A DNA stretch of 64,000 bases from a virus. This document shows, piece after piece, positions 18,766 through 28,185 of the stretch. The notes beneath the pieces are model-generated. The model ran no database searches, was not told where the DNA came from, and worked only from the letters and a program-made list of their open reading frames with translations. A program made the position numbers and the translations under genes. Where the stretch lies: positions 8,464 through 72,463 of the IMG/VR virus record IMGVR_UViG_3300028800_001035; one strand, given 5' to 3'. The stretch's first letter is position 1, and the number at the start of each line of letters is the position of its first letter.

Positions 18766-21700
18766 ATATCAAGAAGCATACCCGCGCGCTCGCCTTCCTC
18801 GCCCCCCTGCTCTTTGCGGCGACCGCCGCGCTCGGCCAGTCCTCGCCGAATTTGGTGACGGGGCAGATCCCGACCGCCGCGCAGTGGAACTCCTATTTCG
18901 CCTCAAAGCTCGACTACACCGCCCCTCTAGCCGCGATCGCGACGACCGGCTCCGCGAGCAACCTGATCACCGGAACCGTCCCCGTCGCGCGGCTCCCAAT
19001 CGCGACGACCGGCGCGATCGGCGGCGTCAAGCCGGACGGGTCGACGATTACTATCGGCCTCGACGGAACGATCACCTCCGTTTCGACCGGTGCTATCCCG
19101 TGCACGACGACCCCGAACAGCGTCCAGTACGACGCGGCGGGAGCCCTCGGCTGCGTTTCCGGCGTCACCTCCGACGCGACGGTCATGACGTTCGCACCGA
19201 GCGCGCTCAAGCTTTCCGGGTCTTCTTCCGGGGCGTCGTTCCTCAACGCGCCCGCGACCGGCGGCGGCCTCCTCGTCCTCCCCCCGGGGGCCGACACCCT
19301 CGTCGCCCGGACCTCGACCGACACCTTAACCGGCAAGTCGATATCAGGGGGTGCGAATACCTTTACCAATATCCCGAACGCGGCGCTGACCAACCCCGGT
19401 CTGACCCTCGGCTCGACCGGCCTAACCCTCGGCGCGACGACGACGACCGTCGCCGGGTTGACCCTGACGACCCCGACGATTGCGCAGATCGTCAACACCG
19501 GGACGCTCTCCCTCCCGACCGCGACCGATACCTTGGTGGCGCGTGCGACGGCCGATACCTTGACCAACAAGTCGATGAGCGGGTCGGCGAACACCTTCAC
19601 CAACCTGCCGAACTCGGCGTTCACCAACCCCTCGCTGACCCTCGGCTCGACGCTCCTGACCCTCGGCGCGACGACGACCACGGTTGCGGGCCTTACCCTG
19701 ACCGCGCCGACCTTTTCGACGATCGTCAACACCGGGACGCTGACGCTTCCGATTTCAACCGACACCCTCGTCGCGCGGGCGACGACCGATACCTTGACCA
19801 ACAAGTCGATGTCGGGCGGAGCGAATACCTTCACCAACATCCCCAACGCGGCCTTGACGAACTCGAGCCTGACTATCGGATCGACCAACGTCGCCCTCGG
19901 CGCAACCGCCGCGACCGTCGCGGGGTTGACGCTTACCGCGCCGACCATCGCGACGATCGTCAACACCGGGACGCTAACCCTCCCGACCGCGACCGATACC
20001 TTGGTGGCGCGGGCGACGACCGACACCTTGACCAACAAGTCGATGAGCGGGTCGGCGAATACGTTCTCCAACATCCCGGTCGCGGCTTTGACCGGCGCGA
20101 CGACCACGATCAATACTATCGCCTGCGCGCTCGGCGGCTCTTGTACCGTTCCCGCTGCCGCCGGGACCTTGACCGGCTCGGCCCTCGCCTCCGGCGTAAC
20201 CTCCGCGCCGGGCGTGACCTCGATCAACGGCTCGACCGTTCCGACCGCGACCGATACCTTCGCGCTCCTCGCCGCGACCCAGACCTTGACGAATAAGACG
20301 CTCTCCGGCGCGTCGAATACGATCAACAACCTCAACGCCTCGAACGTCTCGAGCGGAACCCTCGCGACCGCGCGGACCGCCGTCGGCAAGTCCGTCCTCG
20401 ACCCGGGGACCGGCGTCCTCGAAGCGATGTCGCCGGTTCAAACCGTAACGGCGACGAGCAAGACCTTCGCGACGGCGGACTTCCAGCTCGTCACGCGCCG
20501 GACCAATTCCGGGACGGCGATGACCGACACCTTCCCGGCCTCCTCGGCGACCGGGCTCGTCAATGGCACTGTGATGACCGTCAACAACGTCGACGCGACT
20601 GCCATCGACACGATCACGGCGGGGTCCGGGACGACGATAGGCGGCAACGCGACCGACGTCCTCGAAGCCGGACGCTCGGCTGCCTATATCTATGACCTCG
20701 CGAACACGACCTGGCGGAAGAACTACAACTCCGGGACCGCAGCGATCTTCGCGGCGACCGGCGGCAACGTCGCGAACGACATAGTCACGATGAGGACGAG
20801 CTACGGTGGCGTTCAGGACAGCGGTACGGCGCTATCGAGCCTCGCCCTCAACGGGACCGGCGCGGTCATAACGACGAGCCAGTCGCCGACGGCGGCCGAC
20901 TTCAATACGACTTGCAAAACGTTCACGATCAACGCGACGTCGCTGACGATAACCTTACCGCAGGCGAATACCCTTCAGCCGAACGGCGGATGCTATTTCG
21001 TCAGTAACCCGTCGGCTTTTTCGGCGACCGTTGCCCCGAACGCCGCCGACAAGATCAACAACGGAACGACCGGCGCGAGCGTCTCCGTCGCGGCGGGCTC
21101 CTTGACCCTCGTTACGACCGACGGGATCAACGGCGACTTCCTCCCGCTCGGCGGCTCGAGCGGCTTCCCGATCACTCTCGGCTCGACCTCGGTCGGAGCG
21201 GGTTCGACGACGACGAGCATCTCCGGCTTGTCCCTCGTCGCGCCCGCCTTGGGAACACCCGCTTCCGGCGTCGCGACCAACTTGACCGGGCTTCCTTTGT
21301 CGACCGGCATCACCGGCTTCGGAACCGGCGTCGCGACGCTTCTTTCTGGCGCGGCTTCCGGAACGGGAGGCCCCGTCGGGACGACGTCCCCGTCGTTCTC
21401 GGGAACGGTCAACGCCGTCGCGCTCGTCCTCTCCGGCAACTTGACGACGAACGTCACCGGGTCGACGCAGTGCCTCAACGTCAACACGCTCGGCGTTATC
21501 TCCGGCTTCGGGGCGGCGTGCAGCGGCGTTCAATTGTCGGCCGCGAACGTCTGGTCGGCGCAGCAGAGCAACTCGGTGACGACGTTGACGATCTCGACGG
21601 CGACCTTCACGCCCGACGGCTCGGCGAACAACTACAAGATCGGATTGACGAGCGCCTGCCCGTGCACGCTCGCCAACCCGAGCGCGACTCCCGTCGCCGG

Positions 21701-21902
21701 AACGGCCGGGCTGATGGAGGTCGATCAAGACGCGACCGGCAGCCGAACCTTCGGAACTTATGGTTCGCAGTATCAATTCCCGGGAGGGACCTCGACCTTG
21801 ACGCTCAGCACGGCGGCGAACGCCGTCGACTATGTTCCTTTTTACGTCAGGGACTCGACACATATCGTTTTGAGCCCTCCGATCCTCAACCCGGTTCACT
21901 AA
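18762..21902 (+). CDS. Thr-rich repetitive fibre-like protein with predicted Sec signal peptide
   Basis: N-terminus MNIKKHTRALAFLAPLLFAATAALG; 78-aa TLTNK repeats; C-terminal TLSTAANAVDYV fibre-tip-like domain. Confidence 0.75.
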   Translation: MNIKKHTRALAFLAPLLFAATAALGQSSPNLVTGQIPTAAQWNSYFASKLDYTAPLAAIATTGSASNLITGTVPVARLPIATTGAIGGVKPDGSTITIGLDGTITSVSTGAIPCTTTPNSVQYDAAGALGCVSGVTSDATVMTFAPSALKLSGSSSGASFLNAPATGGGLLVLPPGADTLVARTSTDTLTGKSISGGANTFTNIPNAALTNPGLTLGSTGLTLGATTTTVAGLTLTTPTIAQIVNTGTLSLPTATDTLVARATADTLTNKSMSGSANTFTNLPNSAFTNPSLTLGSTLLTLGATTTTVAGLTLTAPTFSTIVNTGTLTLPISTDTLVARATTDTLTNKSMSGGANTFTNIPNAALTNSSLTIGSTNVALGATAATVAGLTLTAPTIATIVNTGTLTLPTATDTLVARATTDTLTNKSMSGSANTFSNIPVAALTGATTTINTIACALGGSCTVPAAAGTLTGSALASGVTSAPGVTSINGSTVPTATDTFALLAATQTLTNKTLSGASNTINNLNASNVSSGTLATARTAVGKSVLDPGTGVLEAMSPVQTVTATSKTFATADFQLVTRRTNSGTAMTDTFPASSATGLVNGTVMTVNNVDATAIDTITAGSGTTIGGNATDVLEAGRSAAYIYDLANTTWRKNYNSGTAAIFAATGGNVANDIVTMRTSYGGVQDSGTALSSLALNGTGAVITTSQSPTAADFNTTCKTFTINATSLTITLPQANTLQPNGGCYFVSNPSAFSATVAPNAADKINNGTTGASVSVAAGSLTLVTTDGINGDFLPLGGSSGFPITLGSTSVGAGSTTTSISGLSLVAPALGTPASGVATNLTGLPLSTGITGFGTGVATLLSGAASGTGGPVGTTSPSFSGTVNAVALVLSGNLTTNVTGSTQCLNVNTLGVISGFGAACSGVQLSAANVWSAQQSNSVTTLTISTATFTPDGSANNYKIGLTSACPCTLANPSATPVAGTAGLMEVDQDATGSRTFGTYGSQYQFPGGTSTLTLSTAANAVDYVPFYVRDSTHIVLSPPILNPVH
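19293..20100 (+). repeat. 234-bp tandem coding repeat (about 3.4 copies)
   Basis: DTLVAR units start at 19293, 19527, 19761 and 19995. Confidence 0.9.
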
Positions 21903-22871
21903 ATGAGGAAGCTCCTCGCATCCGCGCTTCTATGGTTGGCGCTCTTCGCTTCGCCCGCCTTCGCGGCGACGACGACGGTTTTCCTGACGTCCGGCACGAC
22001 TTGGACCGTTCCGGCCAGCGCCACCGTCACCGCCATCGAAGCTATCGGACCTGGTGGCAATAGCGGCGCGGCCGTTCTCAATACGAGCGGCGGCGGCGGC
22101 GGTCAGGGGGGTGGCTACGGCAAGGTCACGTCACCGTCAAACGTTCACCCCGGCGACGTCCTCAACATCCAAGTCGGCGCGGGCGGATCGACGAACCCGA
22201 CTTTCGTTCAGGACGACACGAATACGGTCATCGCCCAAGGCGACTACGGCGCGAACGGTTCTACGCTAACCGGCGGTTCTCGATCTCAGACCAATGTAGG
22301 TGCGGCATCTACGGCGGCGGGCGGAGCGGGCGGATCAGTCGCTTCCGGTGCGCGGGGTGGTGCGGGCGGCGGCGCTGCTGCCGGACCTTCCGGCGCTGGC
22401 GGTCACGGCGGCTCCATTACGGGAACGGGCAATTCCGGAGCGGGAGGTGGCGGCGCGGACGGCGGAGCCAATGCCGTCAACAACGGCAGCAATCCCGGCT
22501 CGTCTGGCGGCAACGGCCCGCTCGGTTCGGGCGGCGGTACGACGGCGACGGCAGGCGTCAATGGCGGCGGCGGCGGCGGCTCTACCGGGAGCAGCGGCTT
22601 TCCGGCTCAACCCGGCGCGGGCGGTCCCGGCACGAATTACGATTCGACCCACGGCTCCGGCGGTGGCGGTGGTGGTGGCGGCGGTGCAACGAGCTTGACG
22701 GCGGCGGCGGGCGGCGCGGGCGGACTTTACGGCGGCGGCGCGGGCGGTCCGGGCGCGGCATCTACGGGCACCAACGGAGCCGTCGCTTCCGGCAAAGCGG
22801 GCTTGATCGTTATTACTTACACGACGCCCAGCGGTTCTCCCCCAACCTTCACGTTTAGGTCGATACCGTGA
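21903..22871 (+). CDS. glycine-rich fibre-like protein with predicted signal peptide
   Basis: MRKLLASALLWLALFASPAFA; TSGTTWTVP...IGPGG...GGGG...GLIVITY glycine-rich domain. Confidence 0.75.
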   Translation: MRKLLASALLWLALFASPAFAATTTVFLTSGTTWTVPASATVTAIEAIGPGGNSGAAVLNTSGGGGGQGGGYGKVTSPSNVHPGDVLNIQVGAGGSTNPTFVQDDTNTVIAQGDYGANGSTLTGGSRSQTNVGAASTAAGGAGGSVASGARGGAGGGAAAGPSGAGGHGGSITGTGNSGAGGGGADGGANAVNNGSNPGSSGGNGPLGSGGGTTATAGVNGGGGGGSTGSSGFPAQPGAGGPGTNYDSTHGSGGGGGGGGGATSLTAAAGGAGGLYGGGAGGPGAASTGTNGAVASGKAGLIVITYTTPSGSPPTFTFRSIP

Positions 22872-24871
22872 TCAACGAAGGCCGCCTCCTCAAGCATCTA
22901 ACCTGTATCATCGCTTTCGTAATGATGACCGCTGTTTGGTCAGGTGAAGCGCAAGCCGTTCATCGCGGAACGAACGCGTCGATCGCCGCCGGGCCGGTCC
23001 TTCAAAACGTTGCCGTCAACTACGGCGTCTTGACGCCGAGTGGCCTCGGAAGCGTCCGCCTGAGCTCCCAGGACCTCAACTACGGAACGGGCCTCAACCC
23101 GTCCGGCCTAGACGTCCTCGTGAGCGGGGGCTGCGCGAAGTGGAGCGAGACCTTCGTCAGTGGGCGGTCGTCGACCGACTTCAACTTGATCCCCGCGCAC
23201 ACGGTCGAAGGAACGAGCGCGAAGACGCCGAACATCTCTTCCACAGGCGTCGGGCACATGACCGGGGCCTACGTCTTCAACATCGTCTGTGAGGATTCCT
23301 CCGGGACCCCCCTGGCGACAAAGACGCTCACCTACAATTCCGCGACGAACGCGGTCAACATCGGGACCGGCGACCGCAACTTCTCGAATTGGCCATCCGG
23401 CTTCGGCAACGTCGCCGGGGCGAAGGTTCTCTTCAGCACCGGCTTCGTTCACGACAGCGGGCGCATATTCTATACCGCCGCATTCTCTCAACAGGTGATT
23501 TGGACTTGGGCGGATACCTCGCGGCCAGGGGCGGAAATTCAGCTCGAATTTGCAAGCGGGTCCGGGAACGTCCTTGTCAAGGATATGTCTTTCACGGGGT
23601 CATCAGTCGCCGGTATCGGTTCGCTCTTAACTCTCGCTGGCACCGGCGGTCCTATGTCGGCGGACAACGTTCACGGCTATTTGAGCCAAGCCATAATCGG
23701 GAACAGTCAGACGGCCTTCGTTTCGCCGGGCGGCGTTAGCGGTACGGTCAACAATTTCAGTTGTGAGTGGTGCGCCACCGGGGCGGCGGTCGGGTCAAAC
23801 TATATAATGACAAACGGGTATTTCCGTTATGTCAATAATAACGGCCTATTCTTCGTCAGCTTGCACGACACCGAAATTGATGATGTTACGGTTGCCTCGC
23901 TTGTAACTAATGCGCTCAACCAACATCCCGATTGTATGCAGCGGGCAGACGGATCGTCGCAAATACGGCTCGTCGTCAAACGTTTCATGTGCATCGGAGC
24001 GGATGCTACTTCGACGGCGCAAGGCCCTTGGTTCGGCGGCGCGGTTCTCGGGAGCAACGGCGGCATACAGGGCTATATCAGCGCCGGATGCGGCAACACA
24101 AATCCCGGCAAAAACCTCTGCATCACAAGCGGCGGTCTCCTGACTGGTTCTGCCGGATCTGTCATCTATTCGCCATCCGGTTCGCCTGTCGGCGCGTCCG
24201 ACCTCGTGACTATCGGCAACTGCGGCTCGAACTGTCTCGGTCAGACCTCGGTGGCGCTCAACCTCGCGTCCGATATCAACTACGGAAGCGCGGGAGCTCC
24301 GGCGACGTTCTACGGTCTTCAGACCGTGGACAATACGTTCGATATGATCGCCTACGCGGCGAATACCTTCAACGGCTTGGTGAGCGGGTCGGAGGCGGGA
24401 ACCTCGACCGTTTCGCGGTTCACGTATATCGAGCAGGACTACCCGGGAGCGGGAGCGGCTGGCGTCGGCTTTACTTTGGGAAATTGCGAAGTCACCCAGG
24501 TACATCTCGGAACGTTCAGTCTTAGTGGCGGGATTATTTACGAGGGGATCGGCACTCGCAAGGCGAACCCGATAACCCCGGCGACGCCATGCTCTCCGAA
24601 CGTCCCGCCCGCCAACACGACGGTTTCGAACGTCACCTCGGCGAGCGGCAATACGACGACGCTCAACGCGGCCTTCGCCGGGGGCAACCCGCAACCGATC
24701 CTCGAGGCCGTCCTCCCCGCGACGTACAAAGGCGAGACCGTCGCGCAGCTCAAGCATTATTACTGCGGCGTCCTAGCCGCGAAGGTCGCCGGTCCGCTCG
24801 ACGGCGGCGGGGGTACTTGGTACAACGCCTTCAACTCCAGCGGCAATTGGGCCGACGGAACGGCGTGTTGA
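22868..24871 (+). CDS. secreted-type beta-helix (pectin-lyase-like) protein
   Basis: Signal-like N-terminus ending AQA; HPDCMQ beta-helix motif; many Cys; lower GC. Confidence 0.55.
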   Translation: MINEGRLLKHLTCIIAFVMMTAVWSGEAQAVHRGTNASIAAGPVLQNVAVNYGVLTPSGLGSVRLSSQDLNYGTGLNPSGLDVLVSGGCAKWSETFVSGRSSTDFNLIPAHTVEGTSAKTPNISSTGVGHMTGAYVFNIVCEDSSGTPLATKTLTYNSATNAVNIGTGDRNFSNWPSGFGNVAGAKVLFSTGFVHDSGRIFYTAAFSQQVIWTWADTSRPGAEIQLEFASGSGNVLVKDMSFTGSSVAGIGSLLTLAGTGGPMSADNVHGYLSQAIIGNSQTAFVSPGGVSGTVNNFSCEWCATGAAVGSNYIMTNGYFRYVNNNGLFFVSLHDTEIDDVTVASLVTNALNQHPDCMQRADGSSQIRLVVKRFMCIGADATSTAQGPWFGGAVLGSNGGIQGYISAGCGNTNPGKNLCITSGGLLTGSAGSVIYSPSGSPVGASDLVTIGNCGSNCLGQTSVALNLASDINYGSAGAPATFYGLQTVDNTFDMIAYAANTFNGLVSGSEAGTSTVSRFTYIEQDYPGAGAAGVGFTLGNCEVTQVHLGTFSLSGGIIYEGIGTRKANPITPATPCSPNVPPANTTVSNVTSASGNTTTLNAAFAGGNPQPILEAVLPATYKGETVAQLKHYYCGVLAAKVAGPLDGGGGTWYNAFNSSGNWADGTAC

Positions 24872-24902
24872 CGAATTTTTTAACGAAGAAGGGCAACTAC
24901 CT

Positions 24903-25184
24903 ATGAAACGCATCGCATTGACTCTGTTCCTCCTCGCCTCGACCTCCGCCTTCGCCGAAGACGCCAAGCCGAAGCCGACCTGCGGCAAATCGGTCGAGGA
25001 CTGCCAGAAGGTCGTCGACGACCTGACCGGCAAGCTCGGCGAGATGACCCTCGCCTATCAGGGCGCGAGCGCGCAGCGCGACGCCAACGCCAACGCCGCC
25101 GCCAAGTCGGCCGCCGACGCCAACCTCGCCGCCTGGATCAACCAGCAAAAGGCCGCGATCGCCGCGCCTTCCGCGAAGAAGTGA
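24903..25184 (+). CDS. small secreted protein
   Basis: MKRIALTLFLLASTSAFA signal peptide, Cys pair, coiled coil. Confidence 0.65.
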   Translation: MKRIALTLFLLASTSAFAEDAKPKPTCGKSVEDCQKVVDDLTGKLGEMTLAYQGASAQRDANANAAAKSAADANLAAWINQQKAAIAAPSAKK

Positions 25185-25567
25185 TCCGCCTCCCGGCGGC
25201 GCTCGCGGTTTTCCTCCTCGCGGGCTGCGCCAACCTCGCCGCCTATCAACCCTACGTGGCGGACGTCAAGGACCGGAAGGCCCTCGCCGACGACGAGGTC
25301 GCCTGCCTCGCCCGCGCGGAGGCCTACAAGGCCCCCCTGTCGGGCCAAGCGATCGCGTCGGCGGCGCTACAGGGGGGCGCGGTCAACGCCGCCTCGGGCG
25401 TCCTCAACCCGCTCGCGCCGGTCTTGGGGAGCCTCGGCTACGCCTCCGGCGAGTTCCTCTCCGAGCTCGGGCTCTTGAGCTCGGCCCAGCGCCGGGTCTT
25501 CTTGATCTGCCTCTCTCATCGCGGGATGCGGAGCGGCCTCTACGACGTTCTCGATCCAAACCAATAG
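25181..25567 (+). CDS. lipoprotein
   Basis: Lipobox LLAGC; glycine-zipper-like core; CL..RG..V C-terminus. Confidence 0.7.
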   Translation: MIRLPAALAVFLLAGCANLAAYQPYVADVKDRKALADDEVACLARAEAYKAPLSGQAIASAALQGGAVNAASGVLNPLAPVLGSLGYASGEFLSELGLLSSAQRRVFLICLSHRGMRSGLYDVLDPNQ

Positions 25568-25576
25568 GGGGAAAGT

Positions 25577-25978
25577 ATGTCGCCGAATCTCAAGTTCGAC
25601 ATCAAGATAACCGGCAATCCGCTCGTCGACGGGGTCATCCTCAAGATGGTCGGGATGTTCGCGGGCGGCCTCGCGATCAACGCGGCGGTCTGGCTCAAGG
25701 CCCACGGCTTCGCGCCGGACTCCGAGATCCTGACGCAGGCGATCGGCGGCGTTATGGTCGGCGGCCTCGTCCTCGTCGCCGGTTGGTACAAGAGCAAGAA
25801 CGACTACGCGAAGGCCGCGCAGGGCGGAATCAACCTCGTCCTTAGCGGCGAGGCCATCGCCAAGGACGGGTCGACGATCATGAACATAGGAGCCCCGGGC
25901 TCGACCCCGCCGATGCCGGTGACGCCGAAGACCGGCGTCGAGATCATGAAGCTCGCGACCCCGGCGAAGGCCGCCTAG
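25577..25978 (+). CDS. holin-like membrane protein
   Basis: Two hydrophobic segments; directly upstream of the spanins. Confidence 0.55.
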   Translation: MSPNLKFDIKITGNPLVDGVILKMVGMFAGGLAINAAVWLKAHGFAPDSEILTQAIGGVMVGGLVLVAGWYKSKNDYAKAAQGGINLVLSGEAIAKDGSTIMNIGAPGSTPPMPVTPKTGVEIMKLATPAKAA

Positions 25979-25979
25979 C

Positions 25980-26222
25980 TTGGGCGCTTTTTGGACTTGG
26001 CTCCGGGAGACCGTGACGGGCGTTATACTAGGGTTCTTCGGGAAAGGCCCGGGAACCGTTTCCCCGGCCGAGCGGGTCGGGCAACTGGAGAGCGAGAATG
26101 CGGGACTCAAGAAAGAGATCGACGTCGCGGACCGCGCGGAGGCTGCTCGCGATCGCGTTCCTGACGACCCTCGGAGCGTGTACGACGACCCCGCCAACCG
26201 CCGGGAGCGCCCTCCCGGCTAG
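25980..26222 (+). CDS. i-spanin (Rz-like)
   Basis: N-terminal hydrophobic anchor plus coiled coil; overlapped by a lipoprotein gene. Confidence 0.6.
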   Translation: MGAFWTWLRETVTGVILGFFGKGPGTVSPAERVGQLESENAGLKKEIDVADRAEAARDRVPDDPRSVYDDPANRRERPPG

Positions 26223-26403
26223 GACGACGCCGACGGCGACCGCGCGCTACGTTCCCTGCGCAGCCGACCCGATCATCTCCTACAACGCTCCGGACCCGGA
26301 TCACCCGGTCAACGAGACGGCGGCGAATATCTACGACACGCCGCCTACTATTTCACAAATACGAAAGAACAACGCCGCGCGCATCGAAAGCTGCGGCAAG
26401 TGA
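26098..26403 (+). CDS. o-spanin (Rz1-like lipoprotein)
   Basis: Lipobox LGAC, Pro-rich, C-terminal Cys; overlaps the i-spanin in another frame. Confidence 0.65.
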   Translation: MRDSRKRSTSRTARRLLAIAFLTTLGACTTTPPTAGSALPARTTPTATARYVPCAADPIISYNAPDPDHPVNETAANIYDTPPTISQIRKNNAARIESCGK

Positions 26404-26720
26404 CGTCGGCACAAAAGGTCAAAAGCGTGGCAGAGAACGCCTGGGTTACGTTCTTCGGACGCGGGATGCAGCTGATCGGGACGCCGCTTATGGTCGCCCT
26501 GATCCTCGCGGTCCTTCACAAGATAGACAATTTCGGACACCGGATCGACGTCCTCGAGGACAAGATGTCGGTCGCCTATGCCGACCCGTACCACGCGACC
26601 GACGCGAAGCGCGACTTCGAGTGGCGCGACCGGAACGCCGCCGGAATCGAATCCCACGTCGAGAACCTCGACGGACGCGTGCAGGCCCTCGAGCTGGCCA
26701 ACGCGCGGGGACGCAAATAA
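26400..26720 (+). CDS. membrane protein with coiled coil
   Basis: One transmembrane segment then heptad repeats. Confidence 0.55.
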   Translation: MTSAQKVKSVAENAWVTFFGRGMQLIGTPLMVALILAVLHKIDNFGHRIDVLEDKMSVAYADPYHATDAKRDFEWRDRNAAGIESHVENLDGRVQALELANARGRK

Positions 26721-26748
26721 GCTCGCGGACCAACCAAAGGAGAAGGGC

Positions 26749-27141
26749 ATGACAACTTCAACAGCAACACTCTCGGGCCTGGCCGCCCAAATCGAGGCCT
26801 TCGCGTCGGCCGCCGTTGCCGCCGCCAAGGCGGAAGCCGAGAAGATCGGCGCGGAGATTGTCGTCGAGGCGAAGGCGGTCGAAGCCGCCATCGAACCGAT
26901 CGCCGTCATGGCGTTCAACGAAGTCGTCCAACAGTTCGGCGCGCTCGCGGCGGCTACGGTGACGAGCTTGTTCGGCCAGGCGGGCGCTTTGCTCTCCGGC
27001 GGCGAGAAGGCAGACCTCGCCGCGAGGACCCTCGTCGACGCTGTCGAGCAATCCGGCAAGAAAATCCTCGCCGACGACGCAACCGCCCTGATCAAGAACT
27101 CCTACACGGCGGTCAAGAACCTGCTTCAGCCCGCCGGATAA
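26749..27141 (+). CDS. Ala-rich hypothetical protein
   Basis: RBS aaggag; last gene of the late arm. Confidence 0.6.
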   Translation: MTTSTATLSGLAAQIEAFASAAVAAAKAEAEKIGAEIVVEAKAVEAAIEPIAVMAFNEVVQQFGALAAATVTSLFGQAGALLSGGEKADLAARTLVDAVEQSGKKILADDATALIKNSYTAVKNLLQPAG

Positions 27142-27170
27142 CGCGCCGACGATTGATCCTAGATAGAATG

Positions 27171-27208
27171 AAAAACGCCGCCGAGGCTTTCGCTTCGGCG
27201 GCGTTTTT
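27171..27208. terminator. bidirectional rho-independent terminator between the two arms
   Basis: aaaaacgccgccgaggc-tttc-gcttcggcggcgttttt. Confidence 0.9.
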
Positions 27209-27238
27209 GTTGACGCGAGGGCAAGTCGATTGCCGAGC

Positions 27239-27457
27239 CTACCTCCCGGTCTCCGGCGCGTCTAGGGCGACCCGCGCCGTCCCGTCGGGTTCGGAGAAGG
27301 CCGCGAACTCGACGACGGCTAGGACGGCTCCCGCGACCGCCGGGAGGGCGAGGAAGGCGAGAAAGAGGAGCGCGACGAGGGTCAACCCTCCCGACCCCCT
27401 GACCTCGCGGCGGAACAGGGGGCGGGCTTCGGGCTTCGGGATATAGACGCGGCTCAT
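27239..27457 (-). CDS. small membrane protein
   Basis: MSRVYIP start overlaps the upstream stop; hydrophobic segment. Confidence 0.55.
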   Translation of the reverse strand: MSRVYIPKPEARPLFRREVRGSGGLTLVALLFLAFLALPAVAGAVLAVVEFAAFSEPDGTARVALDAPETGR

Positions 27458-28032
27458 CGGCTCGGCTCCTTGTAGAATTGGTGGCCGCCGATCGACGCGG
27501 TCTCGCGCCAACCCTTCCAGCGGACCTTGGTCAGCGCGCCGTTCTCGTAGCGGGTCGCGCCGCCGGTCGGGTCGGGGGCCTCGTCGCGGTCGATCCAAGA
27601 AAGGAGGGCGACCTCGTAGGCGTCGTTCCAGGCGTCGTGCTCGCGGATCGAGTGGTCCCGCCCGTCGTTGACCCAGGAGAACTGGCAGACGCCGTTCCGG
27701 GGGTCGCATTGCGAGACGACCTTGCAGGCCTTGCGGGGGAAGACGCCGCCCTTCATCCGATTGAGGACGACGTTCGTGACGTACCACATCCCGTCCTCGC
27801 CCTCGCCCCGCGCCTCGAAGTAATTGTTCTCGGCGATGCATTCAATCTCGCGGAGGTCCTCGTCGGAGAGACTCGCCGCCGCGCTCCGGACCCGCGCGTC
27901 GAGCGAGGTTCGGATCACGACGACGCCGTCGCGGGCGGCGATCGCGTCGCGGTAGCCGCCGGAGAAGAGGAAGACGATCCCCGCGAGCGCGAGAAGGCTC
28001 ATCGCGAAGGCGGCCGGGCCGAGGCGGTTCAA
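27454..28032 (-). CDS. SleB-like cell wall hydrolase (Hydrolase_2) with N-terminal membrane anchor
   Basis: CIAENNYFEARGE...VVLNR...CQFSW...GGATRY...IGGHQFY; TTG start after ggagg. Confidence 0.85.
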   Translation of the reverse strand: MNRLGPAAFAMSLLALAGIVFLFSGGYRDAIAARDGVVVIRTSLDARVRSAAASLSDEDLREIECIAENNYFEARGEGEDGMWYVTNVVLNRMKGGVFPRKACKVVSQCDPRNGVCQFSWVNDGRDHSIREHDAWNDAYEVALLSWIDRDEAPDPTGGATRYENGALTKVRWKGWRETASIGGHQFYKEPSR

Positions 28033-28127
28033 GACCGCCTCCCGTTCGACGCCGCGACGATGATCGCCAAGAAGATGAAATTGAGGAAGATCGAGGCGAC
28101 GAGCGCCCCCGCATAGTGTTCGTGCAT
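28029..28127 (-). CDS. 32-aa membrane peptide
   Basis: MHEHYAGALVASIFLNFIFLAIIVAASNGRRS; RBS ggag. Confidence 0.5.
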   Translation of the reverse strand: MHEHYAGALVASIFLNFIFLAIIVAASNGRRS

Positions 28128-28132
28128 TTGCT

Positions 28133-28146
28133 TCGTCTCCGGTTAT
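28133..28146 (-). promoter_or_regulatory. conserved leader/RBS motif ATAACCGGAGACGA (copy 1)
   Basis: Identical copies at 34516-34529 and 63303-63316; one-mismatch copy at 46515-46528. Confidence 0.7.
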
Positions 28147-28185
28147 ATACGCGAGAAGCATAGGCACGAATTTCCTAACGGGAGG

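Noticed and set aside
18914-20389. 491-aa antisense ORF over the fibre repeats
   Set aside because: In-register mirror of the Thr-rich repeat; no RBS or independent motif.
17126-24871. Diversity-generating retroelement or invertible fibre system
   Set aside because: No reverse transcriptase, invertase or template/variable repeat pair seen.
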